In this document: positions 1 to 9,557 of the stretch, piece after piece
Position numbering within the stretch: position 1 is the stretch's first letter
Layout: each line of letters opens with the position of its first letter
Assembly (NCBI GenBank): GCA_964394425.1
Contig: CAYMXP010000005.1
Span: forward strand, 24,034 to 88,033
Reading direction: 5' to 3'
Origin: an uncultured Chryseobacterium sp.
Lineage (GTDB): Bacteria; Bacteroidota; Bacteroidia; Flavobacteriales_F; PHOS-HE28
Length of the DNA stretch: 64,000 bases
Notes under the pieces: generated by a model
Told to the model about the DNA's origin: nothing
What the model saw: the letters and a program-made list of their open reading frames with translations, nothing else
The model's database searches: none
Made by a program: the position numbers and the translations under genes

Positions 1-182
1 CGGATGGACAGGCCGTAATTCACCGTGAGCGGGAAGTAGGGACGGCCGGCGAGGGTGAAGCCGTCCGGGCCGACCGTCACGAACGCTGACGGACCGGGCC
101 CGTCACACCCCGCGAGCACGGATGCGAGGATCATTGCTCCCAGCCGGCGGATCCCGGCCTGGCGACGGATGGGTACGACCAT
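1..182 (-). CDS. lipoprotein, N-terminal fragment (gene runs off the window start)
   Basis: Reverse-strand translation from the ATG at 182 gives MVVPIRRQAGIRRLGAMILASVLAGCDGPGPSAFVTVGPDGFTLAGRPYFPLTVNYGLSI. It has a basic n-region, a hydrophobic core and an L-A-G-C lipobox. The frame stays open to the window edge, so it is absent from the ORF track. Confidence 0.4.
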   Translation of the reverse strand, partial: MVVPIRRQAGIRRLGAMILASVLAGCDGPGPSAFVTVGPDGFTLAGRPYFPLTVNYGLSI

Positions 183-195
183 GCCACGAACATAG

Positions 196-2085
196 ATGAG
201 GACATCCACCGTCACCGATGCCGGTCCGCTACTTTCGGCGCGAGCCATGACGTCCACCACCTCCTCGTGGCGCGATCGGATCGATCTGATCGCGGTCTGG
301 GTCCTGTTCATCGCCATTCTGGTGAACCGCCTGCTGACCCTCACGGCCAACGAGCTGGGCTGGGATGTGTTCGGCTACTACCTCCCCCTGCCGGCCACCT
401 TCATTCACGGCGATCCGCTGCTCACCGACCCGTCCTGGATCCACGCCATACGCGAGCAGTATCATACCAGCGACACGCTCTATCAGTTGAGCTCCGCGCC
501 CGACGGATCGCCGATGTACTTCTTCCTCCTGGGGATGGCCGTGCTGTACGCGCCGTTCTTTTTCATCGGTCATGGCATCGCATGGTTCTCCGGAGCGCCG
601 ATGGATGGCTTCAGCACGCCTTACCAGGTGACGATCGCCGTGGGCTGCACGCTCTATTCCCTGCTGGGGCTTTTCATTCTGCGGAAGATCCTGCGCCGCT
701 TCTTCAGCATTGGCATCGCGGCCGTGGTCATCCTGGTGATCGGCTTCGGCACCAACTTCTACCATTTCGCCTCGGTGAAGAGCCTTGAGACGGCGAGCTT
801 CCTTTTCTGCGGGATCGCCCTGCTGGTCTGGAACACATTGCGCTGGCACGAGGAGCACCGGCGCCATCATTTGCTCGCCATCGCTGCCTGCGTGGCCATG
901 ATCACGTTGATCAAGCCCAGCGAGATCGTGTGCGGGTCGATCCCGTTGCTATGGGGCGTGAAAGACCGGGCCTCGTTGCGCGAAAAGATCCGGTTGCTGC
1001 GGGCCAGGCTTGCGGACCTGCTGTCTGCCATCGGGTTGGGCTTGCTGATCCTCTCGCCGCAACTGGCCTACTGGATCCTGAAGACCGGCGTGCCGGTGTA
1101 TGACAGTTACAAGAACCCGGGCGTGGGACTGGACTGGTGGTCGCCCCACGTGGGCGACGTGCTGTTCAGCTTCCGCAAGGGCTGGCTGATCTACACGCCG
1201 GTGATGTTCTTCGCGCTGGCGGGCCTCGTCCTGCTTTGGAGGCAACGGCGCGATCTCTTCTGGGCGATCGCCCTCTACGTTCTATCCGCATTCTACATCA
1301 TCGCGAGCTGGACGGAGTGGTGGTATGGCGCCAGCTTCTCGATCCGGCCGATGATCACCACCTATCCGGTGCTCGCCATCGCGCTCGGCTTCGCCCTGGC
1401 GTGGATCGGCGCACGCGCACGCGCCCTTCGAACGATGCTGGCGGCGCTGGTCGTCGTCCTTTCACTGCTCAACCTCTTCCAGACCTGGCAGTTCAACCAT
1501 TGGATCCTGCACGATTACCGCACCACGCGACCGTATTACATGGCCGTGTTCGGCCGCACCAGCGTGCCCTGGCTGGCGGACAGCCTGCTGGCGATCCCGC
1601 GGCGCTTCGATGGCCTGGACACGCTGAAGGACAGCCTGCGCTACACGCGCGTGCCGCTCCTTGCCCGCACGTTCCAGGGCGATACCGCGGCGGCCGTGGG
1701 CATCGTGCCCGATGGATCGGGCGCGCATGGCTATTTCATGGGCGAAGCCAGCGAATACCTGCCCGGGTTCGAAGCGCCGATCGGTTCGCTGACCGACGGC
1801 GATCATCTATGGCTGCGCGCGCGGGCCGAGGTTTTCCTGCCCGACACGCTGGCCGAGCCGCCCTGCCTCGTGGTGAGCATGGAGCGTCGCGAAGGTCCTT
1901 ACGGTTACCGTGCGACGTGCGAGACGAGGAAAGGCCACCGGTCCGGCCAGTTCACCCTCGCGATGGAATACCTGACCCCGTCCTTGCGCTCGCCGCGCGA
2001 CCGGGTGAAGGTTTACCTCTGGCGGCGTGGGATGGGAACGTTCTGGGTCAGATCCATCAAGGTCGAAGGGTTCGTTCAAAAATGA
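196..2085 (+). CDS. polytopic membrane protein, putative GT-C-type glycosyltransferase with C-terminal soluble domain (paralog family i)
   Basis: 629-aa ORF dominated by hydrophobic helices. First-loop motif LGWDVFGYYLPLPATFIHGDP follows TM1. FSFRKGWLIYTPVM is shared with 2159-3439, 9558-11402 and 11414-12739. A ~160-aa soluble C-terminus ends VKVYLWRRGMGTFWVRSIKVEGF. Start is the ATG at 196, with an alternative ATG at 247. The CDS call is firm; the function is inferred. Confidence 0.7.
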   Translation: MRTSTVTDAGPLLSARAMTSTTSSWRDRIDLIAVWVLFIAILVNRLLTLTANELGWDVFGYYLPLPATFIHGDPLLTDPSWIHAIREQYHTSDTLYQLSSAPDGSPMYFFLLGMAVLYAPFFFIGHGIAWFSGAPMDGFSTPYQVTIAVGCTLYSLLGLFILRKILRRFFSIGIAAVVILVIGFGTNFYHFASVKSLETASFLFCGIALLVWNTLRWHEEHRRHHLLAIAACVAMITLIKPSEIVCGSIPLLWGVKDRASLREKIRLLRARLADLLSAIGLGLLILSPQLAYWILKTGVPVYDSYKNPGVGLDWWSPHVGDVLFSFRKGWLIYTPVMFFALAGLVLLWRQRRDLFWAIALYVLSAFYIIASWTEWWYGASFSIRPMITTYPVLAIALGFALAWIGARARALRTMLAALVVVLSLLNLFQTWQFNHWILHDYRTTRPYYMAVFGRTSVPWLADSLLAIPRRFDGLDTLKDSLRYTRVPLLARTFQGDTAAAVGIVPDGSGAHGYFMGEASEYLPGFEAPIGSLTDGDHLWLRARAEVFLPDTLAEPPCLVVSMERREGPYGYRATCETRKGHRSGQFTLAMEYLTPSLRSPRDRVKVYLWRRGMGTFWVRSIKVEGFVQK

Positions 2086-2158
2086 AAGACCCTCAGGTCC
2101 GCGATCACATTTGCTGTTTGAACACGGCGTGTGCTCCCAGCCGGCATCTTCGCGCAGG

Positions 2159-3439
2159 ATGACCGAGAACGCACGCAGGCTGTTGATCGCTCAGGCGATC
2201 TTGTTCGGTTCTGTCTTCATCGTGTCATTCTGGGTCGCGCTGTACATCCAGAGCGAACATCCGGATGGCACACTGCTTTATCGCTCGACCGATAGCTGGG
2301 GCTACTACCAATTCCTCCCCGGGATCATCGGCACGCACGAGCTGGATCACCTGCCCTGGGCGCACGCGATGCCGGATGGTCGCCGGCTCGACCTCTTCAC
2401 CATCGGCGTGGCGATCCTGCAGGCGCCGTTCTTCTTCCTGGGTCATCTGATCGCATGGGCGGGCGGATGGGTGACCAATGGGTATTCAACCCCGTACGTG
2501 ATCTGCAACGTGCTGGCCAATTGCTTCTACGTGGCCCTGGGCTGCGCCCTTGTGTTCCGCACGCTGATCCATTCCTTCTCACGGGTCGCTTCGATCGCCG
2601 CGGCGGTGCTCTGCTACCTCGGGACCAACCTGTACTACTACGCCAGCTTAGAAACGGGCATGTCGCACGGCTATGCCTTCTTCACCTTCGCGCTGCTGCT
2701 CTGGAACACCCGGCTGTGCATCGACCGGCTCAGCGGTCCGCGCATCTTCGGGTTGATCGTCACCTGCGCCCTGGTCGTTCTCGTGCGGCCGTTGAACGGC
2801 ATCGCGCTGTTGATCCCGCTGCTTTGGAAGACAACCGGCATTCGGGAGGTCCTTGTCCGGTTGCGCTGGCCACGCGCGTTCCCCGCATGGGCCATCGCGG
2901 GCGGCCTGGTGGCCGGCGGCCTGCTCTTCCTGCAATCCCTTTACTGGCACCACGTCACCGATCGCTGGCTGGTGTTCACCTACGGGGAGAAGGGTGAAGG
3001 CTTCGAATTCGGCAGGGCCATGCTGGGCGCGGTGCTTTTCAGCCACCAGAACGGCTGGCTGATCTACACGCCCATGATGATCCCCGTGATGGTCGCGTTG
3101 CTGGTGATGGCCTGGCGTCGACTCCCGGGCGCGCGTACGCTGCTGCTGGTCTGGGCGCTGGCCTGGTGGCTGTATGCCAGCTGGTGGTGCTGGTGGCTGG
3201 GCGGCTCTTTCGGTTTCCGGGGCATGGTCGAACACTACGCCTACCTCTCCATCCCCCTGGCCTGGCTGATCGATCGGGCGCGGTCGGTGGAATGGCGCAT
3301 GCGCGCGCTGCGCATCTTCCTGATCCTCGCGGTGTTCTACAACATCCGCATGAGCATGTTCTACCAATGGCCCTGGGAGGGTCCCTCCTGGAGCTGGTCG
3401 ACCCTCGCCCAGACCTGGGGTCGCTTGTTGAGCGAATAG
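2159..3439 (+). CDS. polytopic membrane protein, putative GT-C-type glycosyltransferase (paralog family i, no C-terminal domain)
   Basis: In-frame ATG at 2159 inside track ORF 2027-3439 (MTENARRLLIAQAILFGSVFIV...). The protein is TM-rich, with DSWGYYQFLPG after TM1 and the FSHQNGWLIYTPMM paralog motif. Its stop lies 1 nt from the stop of the convergent gene 3441-5309. Confidence 0.7.
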   Translation: MTENARRLLIAQAILFGSVFIVSFWVALYIQSEHPDGTLLYRSTDSWGYYQFLPGIIGTHELDHLPWAHAMPDGRRLDLFTIGVAILQAPFFFLGHLIAWAGGWVTNGYSTPYVICNVLANCFYVALGCALVFRTLIHSFSRVASIAAAVLCYLGTNLYYYASLETGMSHGYAFFTFALLLWNTRLCIDRLSGPRIFGLIVTCALVVLVRPLNGIALLIPLLWKTTGIREVLVRLRWPRAFPAWAIAGGLVAGGLLFLQSLYWHHVTDRWLVFTYGEKGEGFEFGRAMLGAVLFSHQNGWLIYTPMMIPVMVALLVMAWRRLPGARTLLLVWALAWWLYASWWCWWLGGSFGFRGMVEHYAYLSIPLAWLIDRARSVEWRMRALRIFLILAVFYNIRMSMFYQWPWEGPSWSWSTLAQTWGRLLSE

Positions 3440-3440
3440 T

Positions 3441-5309
3441 TCAGCGCGATCCGATCGACGATCCGGCCCAACGTTTTCGTACCGCGGTGAAGCCATCGAC
3501 CCGGAAGGGCCGCTTGTCCACGTTGTACAGGTAGATCAGCTGCTTCACCTCCGGGTCGAGCGGCACGGCGCGCGCGTGGAACACGAACGTGCCGTTCTTC
3601 AAACGCTTCGCCTCGTAGCGGATATGGGGATCACCCAGCTTCTGCCCGTAGACGATGTTGACCTCCTGGCCTTCCCCGCTCAACTGGATCGAGCCGGTCA
3701 CTTCGAAATCATCGAAGAGCACCTCCGGCCCGGCGGAAGGGATCACGATCTCCAGCGGGAACTCCCCCTCGCCGAAGCACCACTGGCGCGCCATGCCCTG
3801 GCACGCCAGGGTATCGGCCCTTGCCCAGACCTCCGCCGATGGCCCGCGATCCGATAGCAGCGTGTCAACCACCACGGCGATCCTGCTGTCGCGCCGTTCA
3901 AAGAGGAACAGCTCATACCGATGGCCGCCCAGCACCGCATGGCCATCGCGGGGTGCCCAGAAGCCCAGCACGTTGAATTTGGGATCGCCCAGCAGCGCAT
4001 CCAGAGGGATCCCGTTCTCGTTCGGCCCGAACTGCGATTCCCAGAAGATCAGGTCGCCCTCGTTGAACCGGTGGTCGAAGCCATCGGTGCCCCACAGGGT
4101 GATGTAGCGGTCGGGATCGAACGGATCGACCCCGCTTTTCACGCCCATGTAGGGGTGGGTGGAGTGGACCTTGCGGCCCTGGGACGCATACCGATGGACC
4201 ATTTCGCCCGCGGCGTCCAGCACTTCCTGGTCGGCGTTCGGGCGGATGGGAAAAATGCGGTTCAGTTGCAGGTCGGCCCAGGACCAGCAGGCCACGGCGG
4301 CGAAAAGCAGGGCGCCCAGGTCGGCGCGCAGCGTGCGCTCCTTCAACCAGACGGTGGCCGCGCGCGCCAGCGTGAACGCCGTGAAGATCCCCGCCAGCGG
4401 CACCCCGGTGACCACCACGCGCGTGAGCCCTGCGCTGCCTTTGAGGCCCCGCGCCCAGAGGAAGGAATGCAGCCCGAGGATCAGCAGCGCGGATCCCGCG
4501 GCCACGACCAGCAGGAGCAGGTGTACGCGGCGGTGTTCGCGATCGGAGCGCCAGACCAGCGGCCAGAGCAGGAAGGCCGCCGCGAACAGCACCATGAGCG
4601 GCCGGCCGGTGATCGCATGCATGGCGTCCACGAAATGCCACGGATCGCCCGAGCCATACACCGCGCGCATCGGATACGGATCACGGTTCCAATACCAGAG
4701 CGGATCGTCCAGCGCGATCCAGGCGATCAGCGAATAGAGCGCGAGGCCGGTGGCCAGGAAGGGGAGCGCCTTCCACCGTCGCTCAACACAAAGCCACGAC
4801 GCCACGACGGGCACGAAAACGATGAACTCCGGACGCGAAAGCGGCGTGAACGAAGCCACGACCGCCGCGAGCACCCACCGTTCGCGCAGCAACAGCCAGA
4901 GCACCACCACGGTCATCGCGCCGAAGAGGATCTCCGTCATGCCGGCCACCACCTCGTGGCGGTAGAGCGGACCGAGCATCACCAGCAGGGGGAAGGACAA
5001 TTGCGCGTAGCCGCCCGCTCCGCGCAGGGCCAGCACGGCCACCCAGCAGGTGAGCGCGGCCAGCACGGCATTGAACACCGCCATGGCATCCAGGCCGAAC
5101 TGCGCGAAAGGCAGGGCCAGCAGCGTGAAGAGCGGCTTGCCCCAATGATCGAGCAACAGGTGCGGATGGACCTGCGCCCACCGGGCGATCAGGTGGTGCT
5201 GCACGCCATCGCCCATGTCGGCCACGCCGGCGCTGTCGATCGCCACCAGCACGTACCAGACCGCCAGGCCCAGGCCCAGCGCGATCGCGATGCGTTCTCC
5301 GCGGATCAT
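3441..5309 (-). CDS. polytopic membrane protein, putative GT-C-type glycosyltransferase with C-terminal soluble domain (singleton family)
   Basis: 622-aa ORF with an ATG at 5309. The N-terminal ~400 aa are hydrophobic, and the acidic loop motif VADMGDGVQHHLIARW follows TM1. The soluble C-terminal ~200 aa end LIYLYNVDKRPFRVDGFTAV, resembling the C-termini of 196-2085, 7624-9546, 9558-11402 and 13450-15273. Confidence 0.7.
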   Translation of the reverse strand: MIRGERIAIALGLGLAVWYVLVAIDSAGVADMGDGVQHHLIARWAQVHPHLLLDHWGKPLFTLLALPFAQFGLDAMAVFNAVLAALTCWVAVLALRGAGGYAQLSFPLLVMLGPLYRHEVVAGMTEILFGAMTVVVLWLLLRERWVLAAVVASFTPLSRPEFIVFVPVVASWLCVERRWKALPFLATGLALYSLIAWIALDDPLWYWNRDPYPMRAVYGSGDPWHFVDAMHAITGRPLMVLFAAAFLLWPLVWRSDREHRRVHLLLLVVAAGSALLILGLHSFLWARGLKGSAGLTRVVVTGVPLAGIFTAFTLARAATVWLKERTLRADLGALLFAAVACWSWADLQLNRIFPIRPNADQEVLDAAGEMVHRYASQGRKVHSTHPYMGVKSGVDPFDPDRYITLWGTDGFDHRFNEGDLIFWESQFGPNENGIPLDALLGDPKFNVLGFWAPRDGHAVLGGHRYELFLFERRDSRIAVVVDTLLSDRGPSAEVWARADTLACQGMARQWCFGEGEFPLEIVIPSAGPEVLFDDFEVTGSIQLSGEGQEVNIVYGQKLGDPHIRYEAKRLKNGTFVFHARAVPLDPEVKQLIYLYNVDKRPFRVDGFTAVRKRWAGSSIGSR

Positions 5310-5322
5310 CCTCTTCCAAGTT

Positions 5323-5428
5323 CACCACAGAGACACGGAGGCACGGAGAAGAAAATGCATGAATTCAATTGGGTCGACCGGCTTCATCCATGGTCTGCAT
5401 TTCTCTGTGCCTCTGTGTCTCTGTGGTG
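5323..5428. repeat. long imperfect inverted repeat (hairpin) built from tandem octamers, without an ORF in the loop
   Basis: Arm 1 (5323-5359) is CACCACAGAGACACGGAGGCACGGAGAAGAAAATGCA. Arm 2 (5396-5428) is TGCATTTCTCTGTGCCTCTGTGTCTCTGTGGTG, whose reverse complement is CACCACAGAGACACAGAGGCACAGAGAAATGCA. They match over ~31 positions with two G/A differences and one 4-nt bulge. Each arm is 3 tandem 8-mers (CACAGAGA/CACGGAGG/CACGGAGA). The element lies in the 128-nt gap between the GT2 gene and 3441-5309. Confidence 0.8.
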
Positions 5429-5437
5429 GAAAACAGA

Positions 5438-6151
5438 TCACGGGAACAACCCGTAACGCACGATGCACCAGATGGCGCGCAGGCCATCGCGCCAGCCGAT
5501 CTTCTTGCCTTCGGCATAAGTACGGCCATAGTAACTGATGCCCACCTCGTAGATGCGCACCCCCGGCACCCGCGCGAGCTTGGCCGTCACCTCGGGTTCG
5601 AACCCGAAACGCTTCTCGCGCAGGTCGAGGCTTTTGGCGATGTCGGTGCGGATCAGCTTGTAGCAGGTCTCCATGTCCGTCAGGTTCAGGTTGTTGAACG
5701 CGTTGGACAGGCTGGTGAGGAACTTGTTCCCGATGCTGTGCCAGAAGAAGAGGATGCGGTGCGGGTGATGGCCCATGAAGCGCGAGCCGAAGACCACGTC
5801 GGCGAAGCCCTCGCGCACCGGGCGCAACAACAGGTCGTACTCGCGGGGATCGTATTCGAGGTCGGCATCCTGCACGATCAGGTGGTCGCCGGTGGCCTCC
5901 CGGATCCCGCGGTGGATGGCCGCGCCCTTGCCCATGTTGCGCGGTTGTTCGAAAAGCACCACCCCCGCATCGGGATGCTCAGCCATGAAGGCCCTCACCT
6001 TCCCCACCGTGCCGTCGCGCGAGCCGTCGTTCACCACGATGATCTCCTTGCGCATGCCGTGGTCAAGGTCCACCGCACGCACGCGCTCCAGGATGCCCGT
6101 GATGGTGCGCTCCTCGTTATAGGCGGGGATGATGATGGTGAGCTTATCCAT
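5438..6151 (-). CDS. glycosyltransferase family 2, Dpm1/GtrB/ArnC-like polyprenyl-phosphate sugar synthase (short form, no TM tail)
   Basis: 237 aa: [17 protein letters not shown]...[11 protein letters not shown]...GKGAAI...[11 protein letters not shown]. This is the classic GT-A/GT2 signature with a DAD (DXD) motif. The ATG at 6151 overlaps the stop of upstream gene 6144-7541 by 8 nt. Confidence 0.9.
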   Translation of the reverse strand: MDKLTIIIPAYNEERTITGILERVRAVDLDHGMRKEIIVVNDGSRDGTVGKVRAFMAEHPDAGVVLFEQPRNMGKGAAIHRGIREATGDHLIVQDADLEYDPREYDLLLRPVREGFADVVFGSRFMGHHPHRILFFWHSIGNKFLTSLSNAFNNLNLTDMETCYKLIRTDIAKSLDLREKRFGFEPEVTAKLARVPGVRIYEVGISYYGRTYAEGKKIGWRDGLRAIWCIVRYGLFP

Positions 6152-7541
6152 GAGGGCGCATCAGGCGCAGGCTGATCCGTTGTCCGGCCGGCGTGCGCAA
6201 CAGCGCCACGCAGGCGGCCAGCACCACCAGCCACACCACGCGCGATTGGAGCCGGTCGTAGGCGTTGGCCATGCCGGCCGTCACCAGCGCATTGAGAAAG
6301 ACCCAGGCGATCATCGCGCGAAGAAAGCACCGGGCGGGCAACTCATCCGGGCCGCGCGGCCAGGCCAGGAACAGGACCAGCACCGCCAGCAGCAATGCCG
6401 TGAAGTGGATGCGGTTGATCGCGTCGAACCCCCATCCATTGTGCGCCTGCACGGAGGTGATGTACCTGCCCGCCTCCCAGGGGAGGCGTTCCTTGATGTT
6501 GAAGTAGGGCGAACTGTCGAGGTGGAAACTGACGATGCCCGATCCGGTGTTCACCTGGAAGAGCTGGATGGCCGTGCTGATCAGCGCGGACTTCAGATAG
6601 CGGCCCAGGTAGCGGGGCTCGCTCAACAGATCCTTCACCATGGGCGCCAGGGTCGAGTCCGCCTGCTCCATGGAGAGCCCCATGCGGTTCACGATGCTGT
6701 TCGACGGCCAGATCAGATCGCCGGGAAGCAGGGGAAGCTCATCCTTGTATGGGCAGAGCGGATAGTCGCGTTCACCGCAATGCTCCCGCAGAAAGGAGCC
6801 CATGACGTCGTTCTCGCACAGTCGTCCGGCGAAGTAGACATGCGCCGCCGGAGAGAACACCGGCCTCAGTCCGTGGCGGGCATTGTACCACGTGACAAAG
6901 CCGATGCACAGCAGGGTCGTTGCGCAAGCGCCCGCCCATTTCACCCAGAACCCCGGAAGGCACATCCCTCGCGCACCGATCGACCGCGGGATGATCGCGC
7001 ACATCAGCGCCAGCACCGCGATGCCCACATGCGAATAGTGGGACATCAGGAAGAAGAACAGGCAGATCCAAAGGAACCCCTGGCGCACCGGGCCGATCCC
7101 CCTGCCGAAGAGCAGCAGGTACAGGACCATGGCGGTCAGCGGCGTAAGGGCATCGGGCATCAGCTGCGCGGCATACCACGGCATGCTGGTCAGCAGCATC
7201 AGCACCACGACCACGACAAGATGGATCCGCCATATCCCCCTGTCGCCCGGCAGCAGTTGCTTCAATACTTCCAACAACAGCCACCCGGTCATGAAGCCCT
7301 GGAAAAGCACCACCGTCCAGAGGGTGCTCTGCCAGGTGACGGCCCGGATGATGAAGCCATAGCCGATCGGACGGTCGTCCAAGGGCAGCAGGTTGAAGGC
7401 CGAGCGGATGTAAGACCCGGAATCCGAATACACGAAGGGGTACCGATTGATGAAGGCGAGCGCAGCGATCAGGAAGGCCGCCCCCGCGAGATACATCAGC
7501 GTTCTCGCACGTTCGATCCAGAGGTCACGAAGGCCCGTCAT
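6144..7541 (-). CDS. polytopic membrane protein, putative GT-C-type glycosyltransferase (singleton family)
   Basis: 465-aa ORF that is hydrophobic throughout. TM1 ([14 protein letters not shown]) is followed by the acidic loop [16 protein letters not shown]. Its stop overlaps the GT2 start codon region. Confidence 0.65.
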   Translation of the reverse strand: MTGLRDLWIERARTLMYLAGAAFLIAALAFINRYPFVYSDSGSYIRSAFNLLPLDDRPIGYGFIIRAVTWQSTLWTVVLFQGFMTGWLLLEVLKQLLPGDRGIWRIHLVVVVVLMLLTSMPWYAAQLMPDALTPLTAMVLYLLLFGRGIGPVRQGFLWICLFFFLMSHYSHVGIAVLALMCAIIPRSIGARGMCLPGFWVKWAGACATTLLCIGFVTWYNARHGLRPVFSPAAHVYFAGRLCENDVMGSFLREHCGERDYPLCPYKDELPLLPGDLIWPSNSIVNRMGLSMEQADSTLAPMVKDLLSEPRYLGRYLKSALISTAIQLFQVNTGSGIVSFHLDSSPYFNIKERLPWEAGRYITSVQAHNGWGFDAINRIHFTALLLAVLVLFLAWPRGPDELPARCFLRAMIAWVFLNALVTAGMANAYDRLQSRVVWLVVLAACVALLRTPAGQRISLRLMRPHG

Positions 7542-7623
7542 CGCAATGGTCGAAGGTCGAACTTCCGCGCGTCATCGTCGTTCATCCCCGGATCCGGCAT
7601 GATGTGGAACGGAGCGGCGCCCG

Positions 7624-9546
7624 CTAGTGAGCGATCCAAAGTTCCATGTCATCCAGGAATATGGCCGGGTGCGATCCCCAAGGCGGCACCATGAACCGGA
7701 CCTCATCTCCCGGAAGCAGGGGCTCGTCCACGCGCATCGTCACGCTCACGGGGTTCCATCCCGCGAAGTCGGCGATCTGCGGCACCGAACCCGCATCGCG
7801 TTGCGCGATGATCACCCCCCCGCGCACCACCTGGAGCACGAACGACACCCAGTTCCGGTCATCGGGTTGATGCACCATGGCCGAGCCGGTGACTACGAGC
7901 GGACCGGAAAGCCCACCCTCGGGAACGATCCAGACCAGCGGATCGATGGCTCGCGTGAGCGTGTCGAAGCGCACGCTGTATCGCCCGCTCACATGGTACG
8001 TCGTGCTGCGGCCCGCCAGGCCGGGCTCTTCCATGTCACGGCCGGCGTGATGGAGCACGCGCGAGCCGAGCCCCACGGAACGGACATCGCGATACAGCGA
8101 TGTACCCGTCGCCGCGGACCGGTAGACCAGGTCCCAATGGACCGTATCCACCTGGCCGTATTCGTTCCATTCCACGATGTAATGGTCCGAAGGCAGGAAC
8201 GGCGCAGGAGGCACGTGCTGCTTCGCATCGATCCAATGGATGCCGCGCGCGTGGAAATAGTAGAACAGCGCCCCCCAGCTCTCGTCCCCCGCGGACAGGG
8301 TCATCACGGGTCGCTGGGGGGTCGGCCGCCCACGGTCCCGTTCCAGGAGATCGAGCATGTGCCGCGCTTCCCCGGATGGCTTCCATTCGATCGAATGCGT
8401 GAGGTTCGCGCTGCGCGCCGTGATCGCCATGAGCAGCACGGCCGGCAACCACGCGGCCGCGACCACGATCCATCGCCTGTTCCGCCAGACCTCCAGCGTG
8501 CCTGCGAAGGCGAAGGCGGCCAGCGGCACCAGAAAGAGCGCGGTGCGCGCGCGCGGCCAGGGGACGTCGAACAGGATGTGCTGCGCTCCGAGCCCGACAA
8601 GCGCCATCGCCAGCACGGCCGCTCCGAAAAAGGCCTCGAAGCCGCTCCCGTTCACACGCAAGGCCCGGAACAGGGAGACCGCGATCCACAGGATCAGCAC
8701 CACGGCGGAGGTGATCATGATCGCCCGCGGATCCCAGGGATACGCCTTGAGATAAAGCACCTTCTCACCCAGCGTGCGCAGCGTGCAGTGCAGGAGGTCG
8801 TCGCAGCCGAAATTCAATGATCCACCGCGATGGAGCCCAAGGGCATTGGGCAGCACGAGCAGCAGCCCGAACAGGGGGATGCCGATCAAGAGGGCGATGG
8901 ATCCGCCGCGCGGAAGGACCGACCGCCGCCGGTACGACCAGGCGAACAGCACCAGCGCGACCGCGATCATGCAGGTGATCATGACCACGTGCGCCATCGC
9001 CGCCAGCGCGGTGAAGGCCAGCGCGCCGATCAATGCGGCACGTCCGCCGCCGCGCGCGAACCGCCATCCCTGCCACAAGCCCATCATCAGGGTGCCGTTC
9101 GCCAGCCCGTACCCGCGCGCCAGGGAGAAGAAGTCCAGCAGGTACGGGTGCGCGTTCAGCAGCACGAAGGCCGGCACCGCGGCGCGGGACGGGAGCGTCA
9201 GCGCCATGCGCGCCGTCGCATACAGGTAGAGCACATGCGCCATCAGGTTCGGCAGTCGCAGGACGAGCTCATCCGCGCCGAACAACCGATGGCAGATCCA
9301 CATCAGCCATACGTTGAGCAGGTGATGGTTGCCGCCCATCTGGTCATGCTCGTCCTGGAAGAACCTGTTCTTGAGCACGTGGTGCATGAACGTGTAGGAT
9401 TCATCCCACGAGAAGGAGACGGTGATCGCGCGCGCGGTCGTCAACGCGAGGAAGCCCGCCGCCAGGGCGATGATCGCGACGTGCGACGGGTCGATGGTCC
9501 GGGTGTTCCTCCGATCGGTATTCGCCGGTCCGTCGCTGGTCTCCAC
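7624..9546 (-). CDS. ArnT/PMT-like (GT39/GT83-type) membrane glycosyltransferase with C-terminal soluble domain (paralog family ii)
   Basis: TM1 (VAIIALAAGFLALTTA) is followed by SWDESYTFMHHV...GGNHHLLNVWLMWICHRLFGADELVLRLPN and FFSLARGYGL, all shared with 13450-15273. The soluble C-terminus ends VRFMVPPWGSHPAIFLDDMELWIAH. The track ORF extends to 9702 but would overlap the upstream gene by 145 nt. I chose the in-frame GTG at 9546 (VETSDG...); this start is uncertain. Confidence 0.65.
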   Translation of the reverse strand: METSDGPANTDRRNTRTIDPSHVAIIALAAGFLALTTARAITVSFSWDESYTFMHHVLKNRFFQDEHDQMGGNHHLLNVWLMWICHRLFGADELVLRLPNLMAHVLYLYATARMALTLPSRAAVPAFVLLNAHPYLLDFFSLARGYGLANGTLMMGLWQGWRFARGGGRAALIGALAFTALAAMAHVVMITCMIAVALVLFAWSYRRRSVLPRGGSIALLIGIPLFGLLLVLPNALGLHRGGSLNFGCDDLLHCTLRTLGEKVLYLKAYPWDPRAIMITSAVVLILWIAVSLFRALRVNGSGFEAFFGAAVLAMALVGLGAQHILFDVPWPRARTALFLVPLAAFAFAGTLEVWRNRRWIVVAAAWLPAVLLMAITARSANLTHSIEWKPSGEARHMLDLLERDRGRPTPQRPVMTLSAGDESWGALFYYFHARGIHWIDAKQHVPPAPFLPSDHYIVEWNEYGQVDTVHWDLVYRSAATGTSLYRDVRSVGLGSRVLHHAGRDMEEPGLAGRSTTYHVSGRYSVRFDTLTRAIDPLVWIVPEGGLSGPLVVTGSAMVHQPDDRNWVSFVLQVVRGGVIIAQRDAGSVPQIADFAGWNPVSVTMRVDEPLLPGDEVRFMVPPWGSHPAIFLDDMELWIAH

Positions 9547-9557
9547 GAAGCAGTGGG

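Noticed and set aside
5355-5393. Cluster of ATGCAT, GAATTC, CAATTG, GTCGAC and CCATGG sites resembling a synthetic polylinker or vector contamination.
   Set aside because: The segment sits in the loop of a native-looking octamer-repeat hairpin between two intact, co-directional genes, and I do not recognise it as a known multiple cloning site. A UniVec BLAST would settle it, so it is kept only as a caveat under the hairpin finding.
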